Program-made: the position numbers and the translations under genes
Source of the DNA: a virus
Taxonomy: Duplodnaviria; Caudoviricetes
Strand: one strand, 5' to 3'
DNA: 59,892 nucleotides
IMG/VR virus record: IMGVR_UViG_3300021085_000033
Span: 1 to 59,892 of that record
Shown here: piece after piece, positions 1 to 9,070 of the stretch
Position numbering within the stretch: position 1 is the stretch's first letter
Layout: each line of letters begins with the position of its first letter
The notes under the pieces: model-generated
What the model was told of the DNA's origin: nothing
Databases searched by the model: none
Seen by the model: the letters and a program-made list of their open reading frames with translations, nothing else

Positions 1-5
1 TGATA

Positions 6-131
6 GGGTCTTTTTTGTTGCTGAGCATTGAGGCGCAACACTAAACAAAGCCCTTGCGTTTGGAAGAGATGGTTACTGATGATAGCTTCGCCAATGATCC
101 GGATGAATAGTACACACCGGATAGAGACCTA
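6..131. repeat. Terminal direct repeat, left copy (126 bp; probably assembly overlap of a circular genome)
   Basis: 6-131 is identical to 59767-59892 (gggtcttttttgttgctgag...gatagagaccta). Confidence 0.95.
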
Positions 132-360
132 TGGCTTTTGGAAAAAGCTGTAGTATAAATGCTCCAAACAAAAGTGTTAGCGAGTGATGGATTCCTATAC
201 CTTTCCTGCTCGTGGGTGCCGGAGAATGCGATGAGTCAACCTTAAGCTAATCTCTTTCCTCTATAGGGTTCTATACCTTATGGGGGATTTGAAGGTCTGC
301 TCAGATATCACCAAAAGCTATTCAGCTGTAAGCAACATCAACCCTCTATAAGAATTAGTC

Positions 361-391
361 GGGGAGTGGGGGGTCTTAACCCCCCTCCCCC
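361..391. other. Strong GC hairpin upstream of the replication operon
   Basis: GGGGAGTGGGGGG-TCTTAA-CCCCCCTCCCC. Confidence 0.6.
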
Positions 392-503
392 TACACAACA
401 CCTGAATGTAAAGGTGGTAACAAATACAAGTTTATACTTGTCTAGATGCTTGGCATTTAGTATATTGCAACACAATTAAGAGTCTAATTTAAATTAAATA
501 CAT

Positions 504-1076
504 ATGACTTTAGGAGAGAAGCTGTCCTCGATACAGCAAGAATTCAAGGCTAAGAAAAGCCGTTACAACAGCTTTGGGAAGTATAACTTCCGCAGTGCTG
601 AAGACATCTTAGAGGGACTAAAACCCTTTAACGCCAAGTACAAAGTTTACTTTCTTGTAAACGAAGACATAGACATTACTTCAGGTGTACCCGTTGTAAC
701 TTCTACAGCTAGTATTCACGATGTAGAAAGTGATCAGTCTATCTTAACCAAAGCTATTGTAGGTGTAGACACCAATCAAAAGGGTATGCAGTTACCTCAG
801 GCTTTTGGTTCAGCCAGTTCGTATGGTAAGAAATATGCCCTAGGGAACCTACTACTGATTGATGATACAGCTGATGCTGATGCAACAAACGGGCACGGCA
901 AAGCTACCGCACCTACAAGTGCACCGGCAAAGAAGGATGACAGCTTCCAACAATCTATTGAGTATCTAAAGAGCACACCTGATGATAAAAAAGGTATGGT
1001 ACTTAAGATGGTTCTAGAGAAGTACGGCAACAAGTTCTCACCTAAGCAGGTTGAAGCACTTAAGAAATTCGTTTAA
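504..1076 (+). CDS. erf: ERF-family single-strand annealing protein
   Basis: KYNFRSAEDIL and QAFGSASSYGKKYAL...DDTADAD motifs typical of the ERF family; adjacent to an exonuclease. Confidence 0.85.
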   Translation: MTLGEKLSSIQQEFKAKKSRYNSFGKYNFRSAEDILEGLKPFNAKYKVYFLVNEDIDITSGVPVVTSTASIHDVESDQSILTKAIVGVDTNQKGMQLPQAFGSASSYGKKYALGNLLLIDDTADADATNGHGKATAPTSAPAKKDDSFQQSIEYLKSTPDDKKGMVLKMVLEKYGNKFSPKQVEALKKFV

Positions 1077-1876
1077 TGGAATTTGCTAAGAAATTAGTTG
1101 AGAGGACAGGTAAACCATACCTGTCTTACTCAGCTTTAAAGTACGCCGCTGATGGTGGCAGACAGCAAGATATGAAGCTGTTTGAACTATATATTAGAGG
1201 GTTACTGAGAAAAGACAGCCCCGCGCTATCATTTGGATCGCTATATGATATGATGTTGTTAGAGCCTGAAAAGGTAAACGACAGCTTTTATGTCATAGAT
1301 GACAGCTCTATTATTGAAGAGATTGGAGGTAAGAACCCACGCGCCACGAAAAGGTACAAAGAGTGGGTCGCTTCACACGAAGACAGCAGAACTAAAGTAT
1401 CCGAAGACGATTGGCAAATGGCTGTTGATATGATCAATAGGCTTGATGCTTCAGAGGTTATGGACCCTGAGACTGGAGAGCTTATACCCGTGAGGTCTTT
1501 TTTGCAAGGTGAGGCTCAGGTAGAGTTTAACACTTGGATTGAAGATGTTCCCGTGAGGGGATTCTTTGATGTTCAAGGAGATGACTTTGTAACGGACAGC
1601 AAGTCTACACGTAACGTGTATGGTTTTAGATACGATGTAAAGAGCTTTGATTACGATATCCAAGCATACATCTACACTCAGGTGGCAGGAACCGATACAT
1701 TTTATTGGGTGGCTCAGGGAAAGGCTAAGCCTTACCTTACAGCTGTGTATAAAGCATCACCTCAGATATTGGAGTCTGGGAAGAGAAAGTTTTGGAGTGC
1801 CGTTGAGAATATTGATCGGTGGCTACAAGACCCTAGTAAAGAGACGGATAGCTTCGCCATATACGGAGAAATCTAG
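1076..1876 (+). CDS. PD-(D/E)XK exonuclease (RecE/exonuclease VIII-like)
   Basis: LSYSALK, FGSLYD, RGFFD...DSKST and YDIQAYIY motifs; translationally coupled to erf (TAATG). Confidence 0.75.
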   Translation: MEFAKKLVERTGKPYLSYSALKYAADGGRQQDMKLFELYIRGLLRKDSPALSFGSLYDMMLLEPEKVNDSFYVIDDSSIIEEIGGKNPRATKRYKEWVASHEDSRTKVSEDDWQMAVDMINRLDASEVMDPETGELIPVRSFLQGEAQVEFNTWIEDVPVRGFFDVQGDDFVTDSKSTRNVYGFRYDVKSFDYDIQAYIYTQVAGTDTFYWVAQGKAKPYLTAVYKASPQILESGKRKFWSAVENIDRWLQDPSKETDSFAIYGEI

Positions 1877-1883
1877 CTTTTTA

Positions 1884-1915
1884 TTTGTTTATTAAATGTG
1901 AATAAAGTAAATTTG
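1884..1915 (+). promoter_or_regulatory. Bacteroidota-type primary sigma promoter
   Basis: TTTG (1884-87), 20 nt spacer, TAAATTTG (1908-15). Confidence 0.65.
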
Positions 1916-1938
1916 TTTAATAATTAAATTTAATTACA

Positions 1939-2229
1939 ATGACGCAAGACAAAATTTTTGCACAAGGGTTCTCATTCAAGAGAAATGCGAACGCTCCCGA
2001 ATTCGTAGTAGGGAAACAATCTATCAAGGTAGATGAAGCAGTAGCTTTTTTACAAGCTAATCAGAAAAACGGATGGGTAAACCTTGAAGTTAAACAAGCT
2101 AAGAACGGAAACTTCTATATGGAGTTAGACACTTGGCAACCAACGGGCGGTAATGCACCGGCAGGCAGTGCAAGTAACGCAAACAACCCGTTTGCACCAA
2201 CAACTTCTGAGGGTGGTTTACCATTCTAG
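1939..2229 (+). CDS. Putative single-stranded DNA-binding protein
   Basis: Small beta-rich core, G/A/N-rich linker and C-terminal GGLPF tail; next to the annealase/exonuclease pair. Confidence 0.55.
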   Translation: MTQDKIFAQGFSFKRNANAPEFVVGKQSIKVDEAVAFLQANQKNGWVNLEVKQAKNGNFYMELDTWQPTGGNAPAGSASNANNPFAPTTSEGGLPF

Positions 2230-2244
2230 TAGAGTATTAGATAA

Positions 2245-2279
2245 GGAGGTGGGGTCTAGGCTTCACCTCCCTATTTTTT
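2245..2279 (+). terminator. Intrinsic terminator
   Basis: GGAGGTGGGGTC/GGCTTCACCTCC stem followed by a T-rich tract. Confidence 0.6.
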
Positions 2280-2281
2280 AT

Positions 2282-2500
2282 ATGGAGGTTGAGATCTCAA
2301 TCTTTAAAGCCAAAAACTGGCACAAGAGACACAATTGGATCGTAAGTGTTATCAAGGATCAAAATAAAATACTTCAGGAGGATGCTAAAACAAGAGCAAG
2401 ACTCAACGACGAATACTACGGGTCCAAGTACAAAGGACAAAGAGGTATCCGAATCGAGAAAATCAAAAGCTGTAAACAAATCGGAAAAACAGCTTGGTGA
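2282..2500 (+). CDS. Hypothetical protein (MEVEISIFK...)
   Basis: 3' part of ORF 2153-2500; ATG at 2282 follows the terminator. Confidence 0.55.
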   Translation: MEVEISIFKAKNWHKRHNWIVSVIKDQNKILQEDAKTRARLNDEYYGSKYKGQRGIRIEKIKSCKQIGKTAW

Positions 2501-2518
2501 TGATTACGAATTTTTATA

Positions 2519-2809
2519 TTGGAAATAATGAGTGAGGACAAAGAATTTGAGAAGTTTAATAAGGCTGTTAAATTAGCATTACTTCTTCAGTCATCCCTAG
2601 AGATTATGGATGAGATGCGTGGTCTAAAGATGTATAGACACGACATAAAGAACCTGATGAACAATCTAGAAAAAAAGATTGAAAGGCACTTACGCGAGGC
2701 ATTAGACGAAATGGGTAAAGGTGATGAGTTTATAATGATGCAAATTCAGCGCGGTGTAGATAAGATCTTAGATAGCACATTAGAAGAAATACATAATGAA
2801 GCTTTATGA
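2519..2809 (+). CDS. Hypothetical helical protein
   Basis: ORF in operon context. Confidence 0.65.
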   Translation: MEIMSEDKEFEKFNKAVKLALLLQSSLEIMDEMRGLKMYRHDIKNLMNNLEKKIERHLREALDEMGKGDEFIMMQIQRGVDKILDSTLEEIHNEAL

Positions 2810-2946
2810 GTAAGATGAAACAATTCCTACGCATTGCAAATGCGAGGTTAAGAAAAGTGTACCCTAACAAGACACAGAGAAAAGCTTGGGCTGCTAATAT
2901 GTGGCGCAGGTATGTTGAGAGACAGAATATAGAAAGAGATTTATAG
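2806..2946 (+). CDS. Small basic hypothetical protein (46 aa)
   Basis: ATGA overlap with the upstream stop; MSKMKQFLRIANARLRKVYPNK... Confidence 0.55.
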   Translation: MSKMKQFLRIANARLRKVYPNKTQRKAWAANMWRRYVERQNIERDL

Positions 2947-3008
2947 AGGGAGGGGTTTTACTAACTTAAATTAGAACGGAAATGGTTATTCGTTCCCTCC
3001 CTTTATAA

Positions 3009-3247
3009 CCTTTTACACCAACGAAAAATAGGCGCAAACATAAAAAAACGGGCGCAAACCTTTACATTGTATGTGTAAGCATATAAAAAACGGGAAAACC
3101 TTTACATTGTATGCAAACACATATAACCAACGATGTCAAGTAAACTGCACAAGATGCTTGACAAAAATAGGCGCATAAAATGGAGATGTGGCGCATAAAT
3201 GGCGCATAAAATCCAATTATGGCGCAAACCTTTAACACCAAAGAGAG
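3009..3247. repeat. Cluster of short direct repeats (GGCGCA x6; AAACCTTTACATTGTATG x2)
   Basis: GGCGCA at 3031, 3051, 3170, 3190, 3201, 3221; 18-mer at 3056 and 3096. Confidence 0.75.
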
Positions 3248-3721
3248 ATGAGTAATAATCTAAATAAATTTCTTAGTCATTTAGACAATAGCACTGCGGG
3301 TGTTTTTACAGCAGCTTTATACTTTTATCAAAAGGGTCTAGATGTTCGTATAGGTGGTTTAAGAAAATGCACCTCGCATCAAAACTATATGGATTTTGTT
3401 GATGATGGTGATCTATTCGTATACAACCAAGGAGAATCAAACAGGATAGAGGTGAAGAACTTATCAGCTCAGTTTACCTGCGCAGAAGACTGGCCGTTTA
3501 GGGACTTTATGGTATGTGCAAAAAAAGCATACGATAACGCAACTCCAAAGCCATACGCCTATATGATATTCAACAAGGATAGAACACATATGGCGATTGT
3601 TAAAGGTGATACGCATAAGCACTGGAAAACTGTATCAAGAACAGATAGAAGATACGATAACTACACGCAGGATTTTTATATATGTGACCTAGAGCACATT
3701 CAATTTAAAAGTATCAGGTAA
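3248..3721 (+). CDS. Putative PD-(D/E)XK-fold nuclease-like protein
   Basis: DDGDLF...IEVKNL motif. Confidence 0.5.
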   Translation: MSNNLNKFLSHLDNSTAGVFTAALYFYQKGLDVRIGGLRKCTSHQNYMDFVDDGDLFVYNQGESNRIEVKNLSAQFTCAEDWPFRDFMVCAKKAYDNATPKPYAYMIFNKDRTHMAIVKGDTHKHWKTVSRTDRRYDNYTQDFYICDLEHIQFKSIR

Positions 3722-3822
3722 TGATAACACTAGTACTAGTACTGATTATGTCGGTGTATATGATCAGAAGAGAACGCAAAGCTATTAAACAGCTAAGAAA
3801 AGAATTAGAGCGCTATGATTAA
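3721..3822 (+). CDS. Small membrane protein (33 aa)
   Basis: TAATG coupling; hydrophobic N-terminus then basic tail. Confidence 0.45.
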   Translation: MITLVLVLIMSVYMIRRERKAIKQLRKELERYD

Positions 3823-4075
3823 AGACTATATTTTAGAGCAGTATGCGGACACTGATGATGTGTTGTTTGCTGACGGATTTGATGAAGCCATCATAGGCTT
3901 CTCACCTAACGACTGGAGAGTAGTCTACTCAAGAGAGCTATGTATACAAATCCTGATGAAGGATGATGACATACCTGAGGAAGAAGCTGTTGACTTTTTA
4001 GAGTACAATACATTCAACGCATATGTAGGGGATAAGACCCCGATATGGGTAGATACCTTTGATTGGATGAAATGA
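3815..4075 (+). CDS. Acidic phage hypothetical protein
   Basis: LFADGFDEAIIG...YNTFNAYVGDKTP. Confidence 0.7.
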   Translation: MIKDYILEQYADTDDVLFADGFDEAIIGFSPNDWRVVYSRELCIQILMKDDDIPEEEAVDFLEYNTFNAYVGDKTPIWVDTFDWMK

Positions 4076-4203
4076 TTGACATTATTCTAGGTGTTGTACT
4101 CGTAGGGGGATGGAACACCTTTTTAATTTTAAAGATGAGAAGAGATGGTAAGAAATTATCTAAGGAAAAAGAGACACATCAGGGAGACTCAGAAGTTTCT
4201 TGA
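4072..4203 (+). CDS. Small membrane protein (43 aa)
   Basis: ATGA overlap; one hydrophobic segment. Confidence 0.35.
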   Translation: MIDIILGVVLVGGWNTFLILKMRRDGKKLSKEKETHQGDSEVS

Positions 4204-4342
4204 TATGCTAGTTATTGACAATACTAATCTATCTATACAGGCAAGCAGGTTTGGTTGGACTAATGAAATTCAAAAATCAATTACCAATAATGCAATGCTT
4301 ATACGCAAGTATCAACGTAGATTACGTTTAATTATGATGTAA
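4145..4342 (+). CDS. Hypothetical protein
   Basis: ORF; TAATG coupling to the next gene. Confidence 0.6.
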   Translation: MVRNYLRKKRHIRETQKFLDMLVIDNTNLSIQASRFGWTNEIQKSITNNAMLIRKYQRRLRLIMM

Positions 4343-4695
4343 TGCAAGAATGTGTGTGGTGTAAAGAAAGTAAACCCTTTACAGAATTTCATAGAAAAGG
4401 TGATGGATACAGAGCCGGATGTAAGAAATGTCGTAAAGATAGAGGTCATTTCAAAACTAAAAGATTTTGGGACGGACACTATACTGTTTACTATCTACCT
4501 GAGCATCACTACGTGGGTATGACTAATGCGTTAAGAAACAGATTAAGGGAGCATAGATCTAGAAACAAAAGAATAACAGAAGGTTATGAAATAATAGGAG
4601 TGTACGAAAGAGCTGTAGATGCTCATTTAACTGAGACGGTATTACACGCTATGGGATACAACGGTTTTTATTATAAAGTAAAGAAAAATAAATAA
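4342..4695 (+). CDS. Zn-finger + GIY-YIG nuclease-like protein
   Basis: CxxC...CxxC then YTVY...YVGMT...RLREH and a conserved Glu (LTETVL). Confidence 0.7.
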   Translation: MQECVWCKESKPFTEFHRKGDGYRAGCKKCRKDRGHFKTKRFWDGHYTVYYLPEHHYVGMTNALRNRLREHRSRNKRITEGYEIIGVYERAVDAHLTETVLHAMGYNGFYYKVKKNK

Positions 4696-4696
4696 T

Positions 4697-4903
4697 ATGG
4701 CATACTTAGACAACAAGGAGCACAAGCACATCATTGATTGCGTACTCCATCAAAACGCACAGCTGTTCCAAAACTTAGGAAAGGACAGCTCAAGATCAGA
4801 ATATGAAAAGGCTAAGATAGCGGAGCGTCAAAAGCTCCGCCGTATCAGAGACATTGATCCTGAAAAGATTGACCGACTCATTAAAGATTCTTTAGATGAC
4901 TAA
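4697..4903 (+). CDS. Hypothetical protein
   Basis: ORF in operon. Confidence 0.65.
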   Translation: MAYLDNKEHKHIIDCVLHQNAQLFQNLGKDSSRSEYEKAKIAERQKLRRIRDIDPEKIDRLIKDSLDD

Positions 4904-5402
4904 GGATGATATAGTAAGAGTATGCGACAACACAAAGAACCTTCTAGTAAAGAAGAACAAGGCGTACGGAGACAGCGCACTCAACCCATTAGGCATCTTT
5001 GGAAACGGAGATGCTGTGGTGTCTTTAGGTGCGCGGATGGACGACAAGCTTATGCGTCTCAAAAGTCTAGGGATGGGCAAAGATTCAGTAGATACTTTAT
5101 ATGACTTGCACGGGTACATAACTTTACTTATCATTGCAATAGAGAGAAAAGAGCACATAAATAGTATGGACTCAGTCTGCGATGACGATAGCAACACAGG
5201 TAATTTAATTAAAGAAAGAGAGAATGCAGGAGAAAATAACGCTGTTCAAAAACATAACGAGCACTCAGGACCCACACCACTCTACGCTGAAAACAGCACT
5301 GGAGCGTATCAAGACTGGCAGGAGCAAATCCTTAATCGAGAAAGTGAGAGGGCTATACTCGGTGGACCAGCACGGAAATCCAGTACCGGACAAGACAGCT
5401 AA
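4896..5402 (+). CDS. Nucleotide-modification-associated domain 1 (DUF1599/Nmad1-like) protein
   Basis: KKNKAYGDS...RMDDKLMRL...DTLYDLHGY motif. Confidence 0.7.
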   Translation: MTKDDIVRVCDNTKNLLVKKNKAYGDSALNPLGIFGNGDAVVSLGARMDDKLMRLKSLGMGKDSVDTLYDLHGYITLLIIAIERKEHINSMDSVCDDDSNTGNLIKERENAGENNAVQKHNEHSGPTPLYAENSTGAYQDWQEQILNRESERAILGGPARKSSTGQDS

Positions 5403-7053
5403 GAAAGAGTTACCTGTAGTCTTATTTAGTGGTAAGTTTGACTACAGAGCAGACGAAGGTCTAGTAGAGCATAATGGCTTAGTCATACTAGACTTTGATG
5501 ACATTGATGTAACTACGTTAAAGTCTCAAATAGCTTGCGACAAGTATACTTATGCCTGTTGGATATCTCCATCAGGTAATGGACTAAAGGTTCTTGTTAG
5601 AATTAAGCACACTGATCGCCATAGAGATCACTATAGAGCTATCCTAGCACACTTTGAGCGTGAATATGAGGTAGAGGTAGATTCTACATCTATCAACGAG
5701 TCTAGAGCCTGTTATGAGTCTTGGGATGAAGATCTTGTTTACAATAAAGATGCAGAGGTATTTACAGGTATGGTTTCCGTTCGTGAGGAACGTGAGAAAT
5801 TAGCTGTAGTTGCCCCTACAAAAGGTACTGATTACAATAAGGTGGCTATCATTGTATCTATGATACGTAGAGCACCTGAAGGTGAGAAGCATAGAGAGCT
5901 TATTAAAGCAGCATATCTTGCAGGTGGATATATTACGGCAGGTCGTATGGATGAGCAGGAGATCTATGAGATTATGCTCAATGAGATTGAGAAGAAGAAT
6001 CCAACGGACATCAACCACGCAAAGAGTACAATCATAGATGGCATAGAGGCAGGTAAAGACACACCGCCATCAGAAGTGGTTAATAAAGAGAATCAGGTAC
6101 GAAGAGAGATGCTGGTACTTGATAACGATTACAGCTTCCTTTCGGATGATAAAGATGATTTTTCTTGGATAGACTCCTATGCCAATGGAGACATTAAACT
6201 AGGTCTTGACACTGGCGATAAAATACTAGATAACTATTTTAGATACAAGCCTGAGTTCCTTATTATAAACGGACACTCTAATGTAGGTAAGACCACTATG
6301 GCGCTTTATATGATCGTTAACTCCTCTGTACGGCACAACTGGAAGTGGATTATATACTCCTCTGAAAATAAAACAGCCAGTATTAAGATGCGACTTATGG
6401 AGTTTGTATGTGGTGTAAAGATCCACGAGATGAGTCAAACAGAAAGAGCCAACTCCTTTAAATGGGTGTCAAATCACTTTGTCATCATAGGCAATGAAGA
6501 TGTCTACAGCTATAAAGACCTGATTATTTTTGCTGAGAAAATGATACATATGAATGGCAAGTATCAAGGATTCTTTATAGATCCATACAATAGCCTTAAG
6601 ATACAAATGTCTCACGGTAGCAGAATATCTACACACGAGTATCACTACGAAGCGGCATCAGAGTTCCTGACTTTCGCCAAGCGTAATGATATAGCTGTAT
6701 GGCTAAATACACACGCTGTAACGGAAGCTCAGAGACGTAAAGGTGATGATGGTCTGCCAGTAGCACCATATGCTGAGGACACTGAAGGCGGGGGTAAGTT
6801 CGTGAATAGAGCCGATTCGTTCCTCACGTTCCATAGAAAAATCCAGTCACCTGAGTACTACATACGTAGAACTGTTGAGTTTCACGTTCGTAAGGTTCGT
6901 GAGACAGAGACCGGAGGAGAGCCCACACCTTGGGATGAACCATTCTACTTTAAGATGAATGATGAGAACACTGGATTTGATTCTCAAGAAAAACTTACAG
7001 CACTATTTAAGCCTTTGGAATTTGGTTATATGCAGTCTACAATAGAAGTGTAA
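5224..7053 (+). CDS. Primase-helicase (VirE_N/BT4734-like primase fused to SF4 helicase)
   Basis: ILDFDD and SPSGNGLK in the N-terminus; Walker A GHSNVGKT, IDPYN and H3 motif LNTH in the C-terminus. Confidence 0.85.
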   Translation: MQEKITLFKNITSTQDPHHSTLKTALERIKTGRSKSLIEKVRGLYSVDQHGNPVPDKTAKKELPVVLFSGKFDYRADEGLVEHNGLVILDFDDIDVTTLKSQIACDKYTYACWISPSGNGLKVLVRIKHTDRHRDHYRAILAHFEREYEVEVDSTSINESRACYESWDEDLVYNKDAEVFTGMVSVREEREKLAVVAPTKGTDYNKVAIIVSMIRRAPEGEKHRELIKAAYLAGGYITAGRMDEQEIYEIMLNEIEKKNPTDINHAKSTIIDGIEAGKDTPPSEVVNKENQVRREMLVLDNDYSFLSDDKDDFSWIDSYANGDIKLGLDTGDKILDNYFRYKPEFLIINGHSNVGKTTMALYMIVNSSVRHNWKWIIYSSENKTASIKMRLMEFVCGVKIHEMSQTERANSFKWVSNHFVIIGNEDVYSYKDLIIFAEKMIHMNGKYQGFFIDPYNSLKIQMSHGSRISTHEYHYEAASEFLTFAKRNDIAVWLNTHAVTEAQRRKGDDGLPVAPYAEDTEGGGKFVNRADSFLTFHRKIQSPEYYIRRTVEFHVRKVRETETGGEPTPWDEPFYFKMNDENTGFDSQEKLTALFKPLEFGYMQSTIEV

Positions 7054-7093
7054 TAAATATTACAAATTGTTAGGAATTTAACACTCTGTGTAT

Positions 7094-7101
7094 TAGCTTT
7101 G
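7094..7101 (+). promoter_or_regulatory. TAnnTTTG -7 promoter element just upstream of the ATG
   Basis: TAGCTTTG, 5 nt before ATG 7107. Confidence 0.5.
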
Positions 7102-7106
7102 TAGAA

Positions 7107-7484
7107 ATGAAGATAGACTACAATGAAGTTACACTCATATTACCAAAGCCTCCAAGCCTTAACAAATGGTATTCGGGAAAGCATTGGTCAATTAGAAAAA
7201 AACAAAAAGAATCCTACAGCGCAAGCATCAAGGATCAGCTTGAAAGAATCGATAAGTTTACTATGGATAGATTTAAAGTTGATGTTGAGTATAATTGTCG
7301 CTATGACGTTGACAATGCTATTACTTGTGTCAAGTTTTTGGCGGATTATCTACGTGGGGATGGTTATGTTGTGGACGACACTCCGAAGTATTTCTTCTCA
7401 CAATCGACAACCTTTAACCAAGATCTAAACAAAGATGAATTCAAAGCTACCATTCGGTGTTATGGATACTCAACACGTGAGTAA
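7107..7484 (+). CDS. rusA: RusA-like Holliday junction resolvase
   Basis: PPSLN, DVDN...K...D...DD motif pattern. Confidence 0.7.
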   Translation: MKIDYNEVTLILPKPPSLNKWYSGKHWSIRKKQKESYSASIKDQLERIDKFTMDRFKVDVEYNCRYDVDNAITCVKFLADYLRGDGYVVDDTPKYFFSQSTTFNQDLNKDEFKATIRCYGYSTRE

Positions 7485-7686
7485 ATCCTATTTTACAGCT
7501 ACCTCTAGAGTCAGTGACTTAATGACCGAGCTGTATGAAGACCTACACGATTACAAGGGCAGACCTCTTGTAGATACTGAACAAGTAATAGACAAGATCA
7601 ATGCATACAAGCGTGTGGTCCGTACAGAACTTGAACTTATTAAATCAGCTGTAGAACAATATGAGGAAGATAGGAATAGTAAATGA
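7435..7686 (+). CDS. Hypothetical protein
   Basis: ORF overlapping neighbours in the operon. Confidence 0.6.
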   Translation: MNSKLPFGVMDTQHVSKSYFTATSRVSDLMTELYEDLHDYKGRPLVDTEQVIDKINAYKRVVRTELELIKSAVEQYEEDRNSK

Positions 7687-8080
7687 ATCGCACCTGTTTG
7701 ACCTGATCAAGCAGTTTGTGATTACCGACCTACTTCCTTCAGAGGTTAAGATGTCTAGATATGACTGCTACTCTTTAGAACATAATGTAGATATAGAACT
7801 CAAGTGCCGTAAAAAACACTATGACGATCTGCTTATAGAGAAGAAAAAGTATGACGCGTTAATAGAAAGATCGGTTAATCACGGAACCAAGCCACTATAC
7901 ATAAATTCCACACCTATTGGTGTATGGGCGTTTAGATTACTGGATATAGAAGAGCCTACGTGGGAAGAGAGAGGTATGCCGAAAACCTCTGAATTTAGAC
8001 AGCGGCAGTTCATCACAAAGGCTGTAGGTTACTATAATATTTCTAAAGGCAAGGACATTACCGACCTACTTATTTTGTAA
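7661..8080 (+). CDS. PD-(D/E)XK-fold nuclease-like protein
   Basis: YD...IELKCR...LLIEKKKY motif. Confidence 0.55.
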   Translation: MRKIGIVNESHLFDLIKQFVITDLLPSEVKMSRYDCYSLEHNVDIELKCRKKHYDDLLIEKKKYDALIERSVNHGTKPLYINSTPIGVWAFRLLDIEEPTWEERGMPKTSEFRQRQFITKAVGYYNISKGKDITDLLIL

Positions 8081-8121
8081 CTTGCACGTTCACTTTTTTC
8101 TTAACTAAAAATATCAAAGAG

Positions 8122-8244
8122 ATGGCTCAAGATTTCAATCTAAGCGACGATTTCGCAGACTTCGTAGACGAACTAACAACATCAGAAAAAAACGATAGTG
8201 CTTGTTCTATAGACAACCCAGATTGCGAAGGATGTGGTAGCTAA
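8122..8244 (+). CDS. 40-aa acidic peptide ending ACSIDNPDCEGCGS
   Basis: Read manually; A-rich leader upstream and a terminator downstream. Confidence 0.6.
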   Translation: MAQDFNLSDDFADFVDELTTSEKNDSACSIDNPDCEGCGS

Positions 8245-8280
8245 GGCTCGCTGAACAAAACCATCACAACTTAATTTAAA

Positions 8281-8306
8281 GGGGGGGCTACGGTCCCCCT
8301 AATTTT
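8281..8306 (+). terminator. Intrinsic terminator
   Basis: GGGGGC-TACG-GTCCCC followed by TAATTTT. Confidence 0.55.
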
Positions 8307-8317
8307 ACCCCAATTAA

Positions 8318-9070
8318 ATGAAATTAACAGAGAGACACATTAGGGATTTCTTCCCACGGGATATGCGGTTTACGCATTACGTAGCAAAAATATACGGATA
8401 CAACTTTAAAGATGGCTTTGCAGCAGAGAAAGCAAACTCAATTGCTATGGAGCGTGTTATAGAAATGTATAATAAAGGTATGGAGTTTGAAAGTAAAGAA
8501 CATCTATACGGATATGTTACAACAACATTCAGATACGCAATACTTAACTCTTTTGATAAAAGAGCAGCAGATAAGCTAGAATATTATAATGAATCACAGC
8601 TGACCTATGGTGACGGCTACGAAGAATACAATAAGTTCTTACACACGGCTGTAGTAGAACCTGAAGAGTACGATAATTCTGTAGACAAGATTATACAGAT
8701 TATGAAAGGTACAATGAATCCTATAGAGTTTAAAGTATTTGAGCTTAAATACAATTATAATTACACTACACCTATTATAGCTAGAGAAGTTGAACTATCT
8801 TGTGCTAAGGTTACTAGCATACAGAAAAGAATTAAAAATAAATTCAATAAAATAAAAGAGAAACTAGATGAAGATGGAAGAGAGAGTGAAAAAAAGCGTA
8901 ATGAGATCAGAAAGAACAAAGCTATCGAGAGATCTCGTAAACAAGCTGATATTAGATTACGAGTTGAAGCACGGAATAAACGTGCTGAAGAAGACGAGAA
9001 AGAGAGAATACGTCGTGCCGAGACATTGTCTTGGATTAATATTAACTCAAAAGTTCAATATGACCTTTAA
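8318..9070 (+). CDS. Sigma-70/ECF-like RNA polymerase sigma factor
   Basis: Region-2-like HLYGYVTTTFRYAILN; region-4 HTH MNPIEFKVFEL...IAREVELSCAKV. Confidence 0.6.
   Translation: MKLTERHIRDFFPRDMRFTHYVAKIYGYNFKDGFAAEKANSIAMERVIEMYNKGMEFESKEHLYGYVTTTFRYAILNSFDKRAADKLEYYNESQLTYGDGYEEYNKFLHTAVVEPEEYDNSVDKIIQIMKGTMNPIEFKVFELKYNYNYTTPIIAREVELSCAKVTSIQKRIKNKFNKIKEKLDEDGRESEKKRNEIRKNKAIERSRKQADIRLRVEARNKRAEEDEKERIRRAETLSWININSKVQYDL

Noticed and set aside
71-130. CTGATGA in the terminal repeat as a third hammerhead
   Set aside because: No stem II followed by GAAA and no NUH site in the right geometry
6-131. Terminal repeat as the biological DTR
   Set aside because: The length is typical of an assembler k-mer overlap and it cuts through a structured leader; the physical end is more plausibly near 54.5-55.4 kb
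3009-3247. CRISPR array
   Set aside because: Repeats are short and irregularly spaced, with no uniform spacers and no cas genes
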